A stretch of DNA of 64,000 bases from Candidatus Daviesbacteria bacterium (GTDB lineage: Bacteria; Patescibacteriota; Microgenomatia; Daviesbacterales; UBA10151). This document shows, piece by piece, positions 1-11,819 of the stretch. The translations under genes and the position numbers were made by a program. The stretch is from contig JACOXD010000008.1 in the NCBI GenBank assembly GCA_016176465.1, forward strand, positions 7,680 through 71,679. The letters are read 5' to 3'. Numbering within the stretch: position 1 is the first letter of the stretch; each line of letters opens with the position of its first letter. The notes below the pieces were generated by a model. That model saw nothing but the letters and a program-made list of their open reading frames with translations. It was not told the origin of the DNA and did no database searches.

Positions 1-1587
1 TTGTTTTTACTCCTTACTTTTAAAAATCCATTCTCAAAGCGTACTCTTATCCCTAATTTTGAACCCTATCCAGATACTTTTCATTATATTAATCCAGCTT
101 TAAGTTTTGTAAAGGGAGAGGGTTTTAAAATGGGGAGAGAAGGTAGAGAAATTAAAGTAAATGTACCACCAATGTATTCCCTCAGTTTAATTCCTGCGTT
201 TTTGATTAAGCCTGATCCCAGAATGGCCTATTACGCAAATTTATTTTTAGCTTTTATTTCGCTATTTTTATTTTGGGCAATTCTTAAAAAATTATTTATC
301 AATAAATTAATTTTGTATAGCTTATTAATTTTATATATTAGCAATTACTTTATTTACTTTGTTCCTTCAATCATATTGGCAGAAAATCTAACCCTAACCC
401 TATATCTTACTGTTTTATTTTTTTTCATATCAAAAACAACCGTTTTAAATTCTGTTTTAACTATTGCTTGCGCAGTGGGGCTTTATGCAACAAAATATGC
501 AAATATTCCGCTAACTACTACCGTAATCCTTCTATCTTTTGCAAAAGCGTTTTTTATTAAAATAACCTTAAAGCAAAAGATAAAACTAGCTTTAATTATA
601 TCTGCAACTTTCATTTTAGCTTATCTTACGTTGCAGATTTATGAACAAAATACCAAAGGTCGCTCCACTATCGGACAATTTTATGAACATATTTCTTCAA
701 TTTACAAAAGTTCATCCTATAGCGCTTTGGAGGCAAAAAAAGCAAATATTCCGAAATGGTTTGGAACCCAGTATGTAAACATAAATTTACCAATGTATTT
801 TAGATCCTTACTTGGTTTGCCAAATAGGTTTTTATGGGATAATACGCCGCTTGTTCCAAATTTTATAGCAATAGGTGGAATTATTGGAATTTTAATGAAT
901 ATATTTGTTAGGAAGTTTAGATTTATATCATTTATACTTTTATCCCTTATATCTTCTACAGTGATCTTTATGTCCACTTTTTATTCATTTGATGCTCGCT
1001 ATATCTATATCGCAATCCCCAGTTTGTTAATTGGGTTTGGACTTTTCTTAAGCACCCTTGAAAATAGAATTTTTACTCAAAGAAGGAAACTCTTACATAT
1101 ATTAATTGTTATTTTTATGGGAATTTATCTTCTGACAAGTTTTATCAGAATTAAAAGCCAAATTAGCTTGAATCTAAGATATGCAGAAACGCCTTGGAAT
1201 TATATAGCTGTTTTAAAAATGAATGAATTTTTTACCATGAATAAAATCATAGACGGTAAAAAGCCAGTTCTGATTTCGGCACTGCCACCGTTTCTTATAG
1301 ATTACTATTCAAATGGAAACTATACATTATTGCCACTATCTTATGAGCAAGAATTCAGGGATATAAAGGAAGTAGTATGGGGGCCAAATGATTACTCGGA
1401 TCTGTCAAAGTTATATAGCAAGTATTTAAAGGAGGGATTTAAAGTTTATGTATCTAGAGCGGGTTTGGGTAATGAAAGTTATACAAATAGAGATTTTAAT
1501 GACATAGTATCGAAATTTAAAACGGAGATAGTTATAAAAGGTTGTTACGATCAATGTAATATATACAGCGTGGCTTTAAGAGAATGA
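1..1587 (+). CDS. GT-C fold (PMT/ArnT-like) membrane glycosyltransferase, 5' end probably outside window
   Basis: Multi-TM ORF, acidic N-terminal loop (EPYPDTFHY), late RY motif, glycan locus context. Confidence 0.65.
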   Translation: MFLLLTFKNPFSKRTLIPNFEPYPDTFHYINPALSFVKGEGFKMGREGREIKVNVPPMYSLSLIPAFLIKPDPRMAYYANLFLAFISLFLFWAILKKLFINKLILYSLLILYISNYFIYFVPSIILAENLTLTLYLTVLFFFISKTTVLNSVLTIACAVGLYATKYANIPLTTTVILLSFAKAFFIKITLKQKIKLALIISATFILAYLTLQIYEQNTKGRSTIGQFYEHISSIYKSSSYSALEAKKANIPKWFGTQYVNINLPMYFRSLLGLPNRFLWDNTPLVPNFIAIGGIIGILMNIFVRKFRFISFILLSLISSTVIFMSTFYSFDARYIYIAIPSLLIGFGLFLSTLENRIFTQRRKLLHILIVIFMGIYLLTSFIRIKSQISLNLRYAETPWNYIAVLKMNEFFTMNKIIDGKKPVLISALPPFLIDYYSNGNYTLLPLSYEQEFRDIKEVVWGPNDYSDLSKLYSKYLKEGFKVYVSRAGLGNESYTNRDFNDIVSKFKTEIVIKGCYDQCNIYSVALRE

Positions 1588-2744
1588 AGACACTTCTTAA
1601 ATTTCTTGTGCCAACTTTTTTGCTTTGGCGACTTTTTTTATTTCTTCCGATTTTTATTGGATACAATTTTCTCCCCTTTAGAGATGGGTTCCAATTTGCA
1701 ACTATATGGTATCGCACTGCCCTCTACTCCCCAGTTAGCCATTTTCTAATATATCCTTGGGCAAACTTTGATGGGGTACATTATCTTTCTATAGCTGGAA
1801 ACGGATATATTGATGAAGGAAGATTTTTTCCCTTTTTCCCAATCTTAATCAATATAGTCTCTGAAATATTTGGCACAGGAGCCTCCTTTGGTCTGATCCA
1901 ATTTTTTGTAGGGTTCTCTATTGCTAATACTGCATTCTTTTTAAGCCTAATTGTTTTTTACAAGTTAGTAAGAATGGATTATAAGAAAAATATTGCTTTT
2001 TGGGCGATTATATATATAACTCTTTTTCCCACCTCCTTCTTTTTTGCAAGCATCTATTCTGAAAGTCTTTTTTTATTACTTCTTTTATTAACATTTTATT
2101 TTTTAAGATTAAAAAAATGGTTGTGGGCGAGTATCTTTGCCTTGTTCCTTACCATTACAAGATTTATTGGTATCGCAGTTATTCCTATACTTTTTTATGA
2201 ATTTTTTTTGCAGGAAAAACCATTCAATGGAAAAGCTATACTAAAAGCTTGGCCATTTTTTCTTACTCCTTTAGGAATTATTGGTTATTCAATATTTAAT
2301 TATCAAATGTGGGGGGATTACTTTTACTTTATTCATTCCCAAGGTAATCTTTTAAATAATAGAACAGTTGATTCAATAGTTTTTCCTCTACAAACATTAT
2401 TTCGGTACTTCAAAATATTGACTAGTGTTCCTTTAGTCCAATATGAGTGGTGGATTGCACTTCTTGAACTTGGAATCTTTGTTTTTAGCGCAATTATTTT
2501 GTATCTTGGATGGAGAAAGAAAATCAAAACCTCGTATCTTTTATTTTCTATTTTTGGTTTTTTAATACCTTCTTTGACAGGCACATTTAGTGGTTTACCT
2601 AGATATGTAATTATACTTTTTCCTCTTTTTATTACACTTGCTCTGATAGAAAAAAAAATATTTAAAGTCATGTATATTTCGATTTCCACCATAGTTTTAT
2701 TTATTTTATTAATGTTTTTCTCAAGAGGATATTTTGTAGCTTAA
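1584..2744 (+). CDS. PIG-V-like GT-C mannosyltransferase
   Basis: WANFDGVHYLSIAGNGY, FFPFFP, YSESLF, late RY motifs. Confidence 0.75.
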   Translation: MKTLLKFLVPTFLLWRLFLFLPIFIGYNFLPFRDGFQFATIWYRTALYSPVSHFLIYPWANFDGVHYLSIAGNGYIDEGRFFPFFPILINIVSEIFGTGASFGLIQFFVGFSIANTAFFLSLIVFYKLVRMDYKKNIAFWAIIYITLFPTSFFFASIYSESLFLLLLLLTFYFLRLKKWLWASIFALFLTITRFIGIAVIPILFYEFFLQEKPFNGKAILKAWPFFLTPLGIIGYSIFNYQMWGDYFYFIHSQGNLLNNRTVDSIVFPLQTLFRYFKILTSVPLVQYEWWIALLELGIFVFSAIILYLGWRKKIKTSYLLFSIFGFLIPSLTGTFSGLPRYVIILFPLFITLALIEKKIFKVMYISISTIVLFILLMFFSRGYFVA

Positions 2745-2751
2745 GTTTTGA

Positions 2752-4172
2752 TTAAATCTCGATTCTTAATTTGATAAGACGATAGAGAAATATATTATCC
2801 TTTAAATCCCAAATTTTATCTATTTTAAATGGTTGAAATGATTGGATCTCCCAAGCCTTAGCATTTAAAATTTGGTTAGTATTATTTGCAAGAACATAAA
2901 TTATTTTAGCTTTAGGATATGCTTGCACGTCCAGAGGCTTTGTATCCAGTAAACTTAACGAGTATCTTAGGGGATAAGTTCTTGTATCACCATCTAGAAG
3001 AGATCTGATTGAATTAATTTGGCAGTTGATTGAATCTTTTGTAAGCTCCACCCTTTGGGCATATCATAGCCATGATTGTTATTTAAGTTTGAGAGGGTGG
3101 ACACTAGATTAATAGCAATTAAAGTAGATATCAAAAAATAACCAAGCCTCTTAAAGTTTATAAACAGTAAAGTGGGAATTAGAATTATTAAAATAATCCA
3201 AAGGGGTAATAAATAATGGTCTTGAAAGGAATTTAATTTTAGGGATGCAACTATAGAGATAAATAGGTAAATAAATGTGAAAGATCTCAGATTTAATAAA
3301 TTAGTATCTTTAAATTTATTAACAGTTAAAATAAAAATCATAGAGAGTAAAAGTAAAATCCCAATGACTTCATTATTCCCAGCTAAAAAATCTGAAGCTC
3401 CTTTAATCCAGGCATCTAAATTGTCTAAGTTAAATTGTTTTGTGCCACTTTGCTTTATGTAGGAAAAATAAGCATTTGTATTAAAGAATTGGTTTCTTAA
3501 TTCAAACGTGATTGTTGGCAAAAACCCAAAAAAGCAACCGAGAATAAAAATTCCGATTTTAAAATAATTTTTAATCTTAAAAATTAAAAAAATAAATAAA
3601 GATAAAGCATATGTTATTGCTAAAAAATGAATTTCTATCGCAAAACCTATCATGAAGCCTAAAGCAAAAAAGTGAATTAACCGATTTGAATTAAGTGATT
3701 TAAATAAAAAAATAAGAGATAGTAATAAGGGTAATGGCAGAAAATTTTGATAAAGAGGAGTATTTCCAAAAACCACAAGTTCAGGAGAGAGTGCGAAAAT
3801 TAAACCACTAAATATTGCCGCCCTTTTACCGATAAAATTTAGACAAAAAAATATAAGTAAAATTAATGAGAGTAGTGAAACAAATACTGCAGTATATGCC
3901 CCAGCGATTGGATGAAGTCCAAAAATAAAAAATGCAGGAACTAACATATAGATATAATTTGGGCCTTGGAAAAATTCACCAATGGAAGTTTTAATACCTA
4001 TTAGAGTTAAGTTATGATTTTCAATAATATCTAAAACAACTAAAAAATCTATCCCTTGATCCCGCCCAAAAGTTGTTAATACATCAATTCGATAGACTCT
4101 TAGTACTAAGGCTAAGAGAAAAATGAGTATAAATATTAAATGAAAGTTTAGTAATTTAAGCAAGGTCGTCAA
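2752..4172 (-). pseudogene. Frameshifted GT-C (ArnT/PMT-like) glycosyltransferase
   Basis: 392-aa ORF (FGRDQGID motif) stops at 2994; plausible C-terminus (SLLDGDTRTYPLRY...) continues in another frame to 2752. Confidence 0.7.
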
Positions 4173-4212
4173 TACCTAAAATATTGTTACTATTATATGA
4201 TAGTGTCTAGCT

Positions 4213-5652
4213 ATGATTATATTAATATTAATCTTTTCTTTGATTATAAGATTAATTAGTATAGACCAGAGTTTATGGTTAGATGAGGCAATCAGTGTTG
4301 TTTATGCAACAAACTCATCTTTTAAATATTTTGTGACTGAGTATCCTATTGGTGATTTTCACCCACCTGGATATTTTGCAATACTTTGGATTTGGATTAA
4401 GACCTTTGGCGACTCGGAGATTTCAGTGAGATTTCCTTCACTAGTATTTGGAGTGCTGACAATTTTACTAACTTTTTTAGTTGGAAAGGAACTATTTAGT
4501 AAAAAAGTTGCATTAGTTGCCTCAATTTTTCTAAGTTTAGCCCCACTACATGTTTATTACTCCCAGGAGGCAAGAATGTATGCTTTTGCAGCATTTGCAG
4601 CGATATTATCCACATACCTTTTAATTAAACTAGTGCAATTTAAAAAATATTTTTTTGTTCTTTACGGACTATCCTTGAGCTTAGTTTTATATTCAGACTA
4701 CCTAGCTTATTTAATTTTGCCAGCACATTTTATATATATCTTCTTTTATCGAAAAAAGGCAATTAAAACGGTTCTTCTTTCTTATTTAATCGCTTTCTTA
4801 CTGTTTATACCCTGGTTATTGATATTACCTACCCAATTAAAGAGTGGATTACAAACAGCGACTAATGTAGAGGGTTGGTCTAATATTGTTGGTGGAGTTA
4901 CTTTAAAACAAATTTTACTTTTACCAATTAAAATTATTTTTGGAAGAGTAGGTATAGATAATTTTTCACTTTATATATTTTTTGGTTTGATATTTTCAGT
5001 ACCTTTTGTTTTTGGTTTATATAATGCAATAGGAAGAAAAAATGAAAAGACTTTTCTGCTATTTATGAGTGTATTTCTTCCGATTATTGGGGCGATACTT
5101 ATTTCTTTTTTTGTCCCAGTTTTTTCCTATTTTAGATTTGTATTTATACTCCCTCTTCTTTATTTACTTTTGGCCCTTGGACTATTTCAATTAAAAGAGA
5201 CTTTAAAAAAAGTCCTTATTGGTTTTATGATTTTAACTGAGGTTTACTTAAGTTTTACATATTTACTAAATCCCCTTTTCCATAGGGAAGATTGGAAAGA
5301 AGCGGTTGATTTTGTAACCAAAAGAGAGTTTAAAAATACGACAGTGGTTTTTGAAAATAATGAAACACTTGCCCCTTTTATTTATTATTTTATGAAAAAG
5401 GGTAGCAATCAAACCTTGCTTGCAGGATTAAAATCAGTACCAGCTTTAAATGTTGATAATGTTTATGATTTTTCTAATCTAGCGCGCCAAGGCAAGGAAA
5501 TTCTACTTTTTGAATATTTAATTGATGTAACTGATCCAAAAAAGCTACTTATGAAACAACTTGAAGCAAATGGCTATAGAAAAATTAATACTTATGATTT
5601 TAGAGGAGTTGGATTTATCTATCAATATAAATACATGGAAGGTTTTCAATGA
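4213..5652 (+). CDS. GT39/PMT-like glycosyltransferase
   Basis: QSLWLDE, DFHPPGY, YSQEARMY motifs. Confidence 0.85.
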   Translation: MIILILIFSLIIRLISIDQSLWLDEAISVVYATNSSFKYFVTEYPIGDFHPPGYFAILWIWIKTFGDSEISVRFPSLVFGVLTILLTFLVGKELFSKKVALVASIFLSLAPLHVYYSQEARMYAFAAFAAILSTYLLIKLVQFKKYFFVLYGLSLSLVLYSDYLAYLILPAHFIYIFFYRKKAIKTVLLSYLIAFLLFIPWLLILPTQLKSGLQTATNVEGWSNIVGGVTLKQILLLPIKIIFGRVGIDNFSLYIFFGLIFSVPFVFGLYNAIGRKNEKTFLLFMSVFLPIIGAILISFFVPVFSYFRFVFILPLLYLLLALGLFQLKETLKKVLIGFMILTEVYLSFTYLLNPLFHREDWKEAVDFVTKREFKNTTVVFENNETLAPFIYYFMKKGSNQTLLAGLKSVPALNVDNVYDFSNLARQGKEILLFEYLIDVTDPKKLLMKQLEANGYRKINTYDFRGVGFIYQYKYMEGFQ

Positions 5653-7514
5653 ATCATGCGAGTAAAATACTCATAGTAATTGCATTTTTCATAACCCCTT
5701 TTATTATTTTTCCTAGAATATCTTATGCGGCGGGGGAAGGATTTTGTTCAGATAGATATGTAACTTTAGTTAACCCTGTTAGAGGTAGAGATTTGTGGAG
5801 AGATAAAACCCCAATCCCTTTAAAAAATCAGTATCAAACCATTAAACAAAAAGATTTTTCTGCAACGTGGCTATTACAATATGATGCTTTAGTTGACAAG
5901 GGTATTTTAGAAGAAATTAAAAAATTTGATGAAAAACAAGAAGTAGGAGTTTTCTTAGAAGTATCTGAAAGATTTGCAACTGATTCAAGAGTTCTTTATC
6001 CAATTAATAAAACTTGGTTTGACCCAGGAGTAGTTTTTCTATCAGCGTATAGTCAATCTGAAAGGAGGAAATTAATTGATAAGCTTTTTGCAAGATATAA
6101 AGAGACATTCGGAAAATATCCTAAGTCCACTGGAGCTTGGTGGATAGATTCTTATTCTCTTGATTATATGAGAGATAAGTATGGAATAAGTAGCGCTTTA
6201 ATAGTAGCCGATCAAAAAACTACTGATAATTATGGCGTTTGGGGGCAGTGGTGGGGAGTTCCCTACTATCCATCATTAGCCAATATTTTAACTCCTGCAA
6301 ATAGTATAGATTCTAAACAAGATGTTTTAATTTTACAGTGGGCACAAAGGGATCCGCTAAGAGCATTTGGAGAAACTTTAAATAAATCAAATTTTTCTCT
6401 CCAAGCAAATGATTATTTACGCCAAAATTTAGATACAAACTATTTTAAGAAGTTAATTGATGTTTATTTAAGTTGTAATCAAAAGATAGGTCAAATTACA
6501 GTTGGTTTAGAAACAGGGATAGAGAGTGTAGGGAATATTACTGAATATGAAAAACAACTAGAAGTTTTGAAAAACTATACAAACTTAAAAACGCTTACAA
6601 TGAGTGATTTTTCAAGTAAATACTCAAAAATTTATCCTCCAATATCTACCGTTGAAGTTAGTTTAGGAGACTCCAAATGGGTAATGAGTGAAAAAGGAAG
6701 GGAAAATAAAAAGTTTGGTGAAAGTATTATCTATAATAATAAGGAAGGTTTCTCTGACTACTTTATAGCTGATAAATCAAGTTTTCTTAACCGGGTTTTA
6801 GAGGAAGAATCAATTAAAGCTGAACTCAAAGAATATTTCCCCTGGTATCTTCTAATAATTTTAGTATTTGGAGTTTATGCACTTTTAAAAAGAAAAGTAA
6901 AACTTTGGATATTTGCACTCGCCTTCCTTTTTGCATCTTTTGGACTGATTTTAAAATCACATTATTTATATGGATGGAAAGTTTTTTATGGACCAACTAT
7001 TGAGTCCCTAGAAATTTGGCAAATAATATTGACCATAGCTGTCTTTATATCTTTTTTTGCAATTTATAATTTAAAAAAGATAGATCAAAAACTAAAAGAT
7101 TTATTTATTGTTATTTTGCCACTTTCTTTTGGTATGGATTTAATAATATATTCTCTAAGATATAGCTATATTTCTGGATTTTATTATTTGGGAATTGCGC
7201 TCGATAGCTTAAGATTTATTGGAGTTATCTTTTCAAAAAATTTAGAGATAAAATTTCTCAATTTGGATCTTCCTGCTTATCAAGCTGCTGCCCTACTTCG
7301 TCTAGATTCTAATAAATTGTATGGTGATTCTATATTTTCCCTAGTAATAAACCCACTGCTACATATCCTAATTGCAGTTTTTATTTTTTTGCTACTTATA
7401 AATCTTCCATCCAAACTAAAAAAAGGGTTTTTTATTATATTAACTATCCTATTTTCTATTTTTATATTAGGATTAATTAATTCTGATCCAAGAGTGGTAA
7501 TACCAAATATTTAA
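5649..7514 (+). CDS. Membrane protein with extracellular deacetylase/glycoside-hydrolase-like domain
   Basis: Signal peptide, ATWLLQYDAL and FGKYPKSTGAW, C-terminal TM bundle. Confidence 0.5.
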   Translation: MNHASKILIVIAFFITPFIIFPRISYAAGEGFCSDRYVTLVNPVRGRDLWRDKTPIPLKNQYQTIKQKDFSATWLLQYDALVDKGILEEIKKFDEKQEVGVFLEVSERFATDSRVLYPINKTWFDPGVVFLSAYSQSERRKLIDKLFARYKETFGKYPKSTGAWWIDSYSLDYMRDKYGISSALIVADQKTTDNYGVWGQWWGVPYYPSLANILTPANSIDSKQDVLILQWAQRDPLRAFGETLNKSNFSLQANDYLRQNLDTNYFKKLIDVYLSCNQKIGQITVGLETGIESVGNITEYEKQLEVLKNYTNLKTLTMSDFSSKYSKIYPPISTVEVSLGDSKWVMSEKGRENKKFGESIIYNNKEGFSDYFIADKSSFLNRVLEEESIKAELKEYFPWYLLIILVFGVYALLKRKVKLWIFALAFLFASFGLILKSHYLYGWKVFYGPTIESLEIWQIILTIAVFISFFAIYNLKKIDQKLKDLFIVILPLSFGMDLIIYSLRYSYISGFYYLGIALDSLRFIGVIFSKNLEIKFLNLDLPAYQAAALLRLDSNKLYGDSIFSLVINPLLHILIAVFIFLLLINLPSKLKKGFFIILTILFSIFILGLINSDPRVVIPNI

Positions 7515-7517
7515 TTT

Positions 7518-8972
7518 ATGAAACTTACAAAAAGTGAGTTACTTTTGGTTGTACTGATTTTTTTATTAACGTTATTCTTACGAACTTATAAAATAGAAGA
7601 TTATTTGTTTTTTGGTTATGAGCAGGGAAGAGATGCAATTATTGTAGAAAATATTATCTCTTTAAAAGACTTTACTCTTGTTGGACCAAGCACAAGCATT
7701 GGGGGAATATTCCATGGACCATACTATTATTATTTATTGGCGATACCTTACTTTTTGGGAAAAGGAGACCCGCTTAGTGCATCCTTTTTTCTGATTTTAC
7801 TTGGATCAATTTCCAGTATATTAATTTATATCTTTTCTAAGCAATTTTTTAGAAGTAAAATTTATGCTCTTCTAACATCTTTACTTTTTGTCTTTAGTTT
7901 TGAATATATATCTTATTCTCGCTGGCTTTCTAATGTTTCACCAAGCGTGCTTTTTATAATACTTTCTTTTTTATTTCTATATAAATATTCAAACTCTTTA
8001 AAACAAATAAATTTTATATTGTTTATCCTTTTTTCTTCCCTAGCTTCGCAATTTGAAATGATAATTTTTCCCATTATTGTATTTATTGTAATTGCGATGC
8101 TTTTATTTAAAGTAATAAAAATACCAAGTCTTAAGGCGTTACATATCTCATTACTAGTATTTATTATAGTTTTTTTCCCTCTAATACTTTTTGATTTTAG
8201 AAATCAACATATCTCGATTAATTCTTTAACTGACTTTATCCTTAATCCAAAAATAGATGAAAATGCAAAGACATTTAATCCAATAGCTAGTTTTATTTTT
8301 CAATCAAAACTACATTTGCAGCGCTCCTTAATAAATATTGAAAATGATTTGATAATTGCAATTTCTTTACTTTTAACTCTAGTAGGTTTTATTTTATTCT
8401 TTACAAAAAATAGAAGTTTTGGGAAATTTATCTTAATCTGGGCAATATCGGGCTTGCCATTAATTTTTATTGGTCCAGGAAATCCCCAAAACTATGTACC
8501 TGTTGGAATTGGTTGGATTTTTTTGATAGTGGCCTCAGTAAAGGGATGGATCGAAAATTCAAGGTTTAAAATAATAGGTTTTATATTAATTTTCACAATT
8601 ATATTTAGCTTCAAAAACACAATTAATAACTTAATTCAAAATAAAAACTTCTTTTTTGTAACTATTCAAGAAGATCTAAATTTAGCTGATCAAAGAAAAG
8701 TATTACATTTTCTCAATTCTGACTCAAATGGTGAGCCTTATAAATTCTTGGCATTTACCATTCCTTCTCTTCATCCAGAAGGATGGGAATACTTACACAA
8801 ATACTACTATCCAAATGAGGCAAAAAAGAAAGGAAAATTTACCTACATTGTGATAGAAAAAAATGTTTATCCCATCTGGGAAAATAAATGGATTGCTGAT
8901 TTAGGCAAAACAAAATTAATAGAAGAGAAGTATTTTGGATTATTAAGAGTTCAAAAAAGAATTGCCGATTAA
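7518..8972 (+). CDS. GT-C (ArnT/PMT-like) glycosyltransferase
   Basis: FGYEQGRD, GPYYYYL motifs; multi-TM. Confidence 0.8.
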   Translation: MKLTKSELLLVVLIFLLTLFLRTYKIEDYLFFGYEQGRDAIIVENIISLKDFTLVGPSTSIGGIFHGPYYYYLLAIPYFLGKGDPLSASFFLILLGSISSILIYIFSKQFFRSKIYALLTSLLFVFSFEYISYSRWLSNVSPSVLFIILSFLFLYKYSNSLKQINFILFILFSSLASQFEMIIFPIIVFIVIAMLLFKVIKIPSLKALHISLLVFIIVFFPLILFDFRNQHISINSLTDFILNPKIDENAKTFNPIASFIFQSKLHLQRSLINIENDLIIAISLLLTLVGFILFFTKNRSFGKFILIWAISGLPLIFIGPGNPQNYVPVGIGWIFLIVASVKGWIENSRFKIIGFILIFTIIFSFKNTINNLIQNKNFFFVTIQEDLNLADQRKVLHFLNSDSNGEPYKFLAFTIPSLHPEGWEYLHKYYYPNEAKKKGKFTYIVIEKNVYPIWENKWIADLGKTKLIEEKYFGLLRVQKRIAD

Positions 8973-9000
8973 GAAGGCTTAAATTTGTTATCATAAAGTT

Positions 9001-10017
9001 ATGAAAGTTGGATTTGATATTTCCCAAACAGCGCACATCGGTGGAGTTTCAGTATACACTGAAAATCTTACAATGGAACTTTCAAAACTTAAAGATTTGG
9101 ACTTAGTATTTTTTTATTCTTCTTTACGGAAGCCATATCATGGAACTCTTAAAAATGTAAAACAATTTTTTTTGCCACCAACTTTATTTGAAATTTTATT
9201 TAACAGAATAAGAGTTTTGCCTATTGAATCTTTTATAGGAGAGGTTGATATTTTCCATAGCTCTGACTGGATCCAACCACCAACAAGAGCAAAGAAGGTA
9301 ACTACCTATCATGATGTAATACCTCTTAAATACCCACAGTGGTCTCACCCTAAAATAGTTGCTGTACACAAAAAAAGACTAGAAATTGTTGAAAAAGAAA
9401 TTGACATGGTTATTGCTGTTTCAAAGTCTACTAAAAAAGATTTATTAGAGATCTCAAAAATACCTGCTGAGAAAATTGTTGTTATTTATGAGGGAGTTTC
9501 AGAAATTTTTAAACCGCAATCTGATGAAGACATTGAAGACTTTAGGAAAAAAAATAATCTTCCAAAAGAGTTTCTATTAAGTATTGGGGGAGTTGGAAAA
9601 AGAAGAAATTTAGAAAGGATTAAGCAAGCCTCAAAAGATTTTAATTTAGTTATTATGGGAGAGACTATAAAAAACTTAAAGTACTACGAGTTGCCTCTTT
9701 TATATGCATCAGCAAAAGCATTAATCTATCCTTCCTTCTATGAAGGTTTTGGTTTGCCAATTTTAGAAGCTTTTGCTTGTGGCATACCAGTAATTACCTC
9801 AAATATTTCTAGCATGCCTGAGGTAGCAGGAGAAGCAGCTATTTATGTTGATCCTGAAAATACAGAAGAGCTGGCAAAAAAAATTAAATTAATAGTTGAA
9901 GATGATAGTAAAAGGAAAGAGTTAATAAACAGGGGCTTTGAGAGAGTAAAATTATTCTCTTGGCAAAAATGCGCGCAGGAAACAGCTAAAGTTTACTCTA
10001 AACTGATGAATTTATGA
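9001..10017 (+). CDS. GT4 glycosyltransferase
   Basis: YPSFYEGFGLPILEA motif. Confidence 0.9.
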   Translation: MKVGFDISQTAHIGGVSVYTENLTMELSKLKDLDLVFFYSSLRKPYHGTLKNVKQFFLPPTLFEILFNRIRVLPIESFIGEVDIFHSSDWIQPPTRAKKVTTYHDVIPLKYPQWSHPKIVAVHKKRLEIVEKEIDMVIAVSKSTKKDLLEISKIPAEKIVVIYEGVSEIFKPQSDEDIEDFRKKNNLPKEFLLSIGGVGKRRNLERIKQASKDFNLVIMGETIKNLKYYELPLLYASAKALIYPSFYEGFGLPILEAFACGIPVITSNISSMPEVAGEAAIYVDPENTEELAKKIKLIVEDDSKRKELINRGFERVKLFSWQKCAQETAKVYSKLMNL

Positions 10018-11132
10018 AAAATATCTGGATTGATGGAATTGAGGCTAATGTTAAAGATAGATTAGGTTCTAATCAAGTTGCTTTTGAGTTGCTAAAAAAT
10101 TTAGCAGAAATTGACAAAAAAAACTCCTATACAATTATTCTTGCCAATGAACCCTTTTCTGACTTACCTAAAGAAAGAGAAGGTTGGCAATATAAAATTT
10201 TAAAAATAAAAAAATTAAAAAATATATTAGGAATTCCGCTTGAGCTTAAACTTACTAAAATAAAACCTGATGTTTATTTTTCCCCTTCTCACTATTTGCC
10301 CAGGTTTTCCAAAGTAAAAAAAGTTGCAACTATTTTTGATTTGGCCTTTTTACATTTTCCTAAACTTTTTACAAAAACTGACCTTATAAAATTAACCACT
10401 TGGACAAAGTACTCAATTCAAAATAGTAACCATCTAATAACCATTTCTAATTTTTCAAAAAAAGATATTATAAAAAATTACAACTTTCCAAAAGAGAAAA
10501 TCACAGTTGCTTATCCTGGGCATAATTTTTCAATTTTTAAAGTTATCAAAGATCAAAATAAAATTTTGCAAATTAAAAATAAATATAAAGTGTCAGGAGA
10601 CTTCATTATTTTTATTGGGACAATTCAACCCCGAAAAAATTTAATTCGTTTAATAGAAAGCTTTAAAAATATTGATAATCTAAAACTTGTGATTGTAGGT
10701 AAAAGTTTTGGGGAAGGAAGAGAAGGGTGGATGTTTGAAGATATTTTAAATAAACCAAGGCAACTTTTAATTGAGGGAAAAATAATTTTTACTGGTTTTA
10801 TCCCTGATGAGGAGTTAGCACTTTTATTAAATGGAGCCAAGGCATTTATTCTGCCTTCGTTATATGAAGGGTTTGGAATTCCAGTTGTTGATGCTATGGC
10901 CTGCGGTATCCCTGTTATTGTTTCTAATGTCTCCTCGCTCCCAGAAATTGTTGGGAATGCTGGGTTATTAGTGGATCCTTACTCAAGCGATCAAATAGAG
11001 CAGGCAATTAGAACACTTGCTTGGGATAAAAAAATAAATCTAAAATTATCTAAGGCAGGAATTAAGCAAGCGCAAAAATTTTCCTGGAAAAAAATGGCAA
11101 AGAAAGTAAAAGAAGTACTAGAAACAGTATAA
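10014..11132 (+). CDS. GT4 glycosyltransferase
   Basis: [23 protein letters not shown]. Confidence 0.9.
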   Translation: MKNIWIDGIEANVKDRLGSNQVAFELLKNLAEIDKKNSYTIILANEPFSDLPKEREGWQYKILKIKKLKNILGIPLELKLTKIKPDVYFSPSHYLPRFSKVKKVATIFDLAFLHFPKLFTKTDLIKLTTWTKYSIQNSNHLITISNFSKKDIIKNYNFPKEKITVAYPGHNFSIFKVIKDQNKILQIKNKYKVSGDFIIFIGTIQPRKNLIRLIESFKNIDNLKLVIVGKSFGEGREGWMFEDILNKPRQLLIEGKIIFTGFIPDEELALLLNGAKAFILPSLYEGFGIPVVDAMACGIPVIVSNVSSLPEIVGNAGLLVDPYSSDQIEQAIRTLAWDKKINLKLSKAGIKQAQKFSWKKMAKKVKEVLETV

Positions 11133-11151
11133 TTGTTTAATAATATTAAAT

Positions 11152-11802
11152 ATGCTTTATTTAGAGCACATATCTTTGAACTGGAGTAGTGGCGCTCCTG
11201 TTTTAGGGGTAAAGGATAAAATGGGTCGTCCTCTTTCTCTAAAAGTGGCAATTAAAAAAGCAGTAAATAGGGTTTATAATTATTTTTTAGATATGGAATT
11301 ATTGCTACTGCGAGTTATTGGTTTCATCCCAATTTTTTTTATAAGGAAATTTTTTTTTAAGCTTGCAGGTGTGAAAATAGGAAGTAACTCACATATCCAT
11401 ATGGGAGTTCAATTTTTTAATCCAGCTAATGTGCAGATTGGAAAAGGGACAATAATTGGAGCAAATGCCTTTTTAGATGGAAGAGCTAATCTTAAAATAG
11501 GAGACCATGTAGACATTGCATCAGATGTAATGATCTACAACAGTGAGCATGATATTAACTCAGAAGACTTCAAAGCTAAAGTAGAGGATGTTGAAATTGG
11601 TGACTATGTTTTCATTGGTCCCCGGGCAATCATTTTACCAGGTGTTAAAATAGGGAAAGGCGCAGTAGTAGCAGCGGGTGCAGTGGTTGTAAAAAATGTT
11701 GGAGAATTTTCTATAGTTGGGGGGGTGCCTGCTCATATAATTGGCGAGAGAAAACTTAAAAACCCCCAATATAAATTAGGAAGAGCTAGACTCTTTCAAT
11801 AA
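11152..11802 (+). CDS. Hexapeptide-repeat O-acetyltransferase
   Basis: LbH repeats, IGKGAVVAAGAVV, VGGVPA. Confidence 0.9.
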   Translation: MLYLEHISLNWSSGAPVLGVKDKMGRPLSLKVAIKKAVNRVYNYFLDMELLLLRVIGFIPIFFIRKFFFKLAGVKIGSNSHIHMGVQFFNPANVQIGKGTIIGANAFLDGRANLKIGDHVDIASDVMIYNSEHDINSEDFKAKVEDVEIGDYVFIGPRAIILPGVKIGKGAVVAAGAVVVKNVGEFSIVGGVPAHIIGERKLKNPQYKLGRARLFQ

Positions 11803-11819
11803 ACTATTAAATTTTCAAT

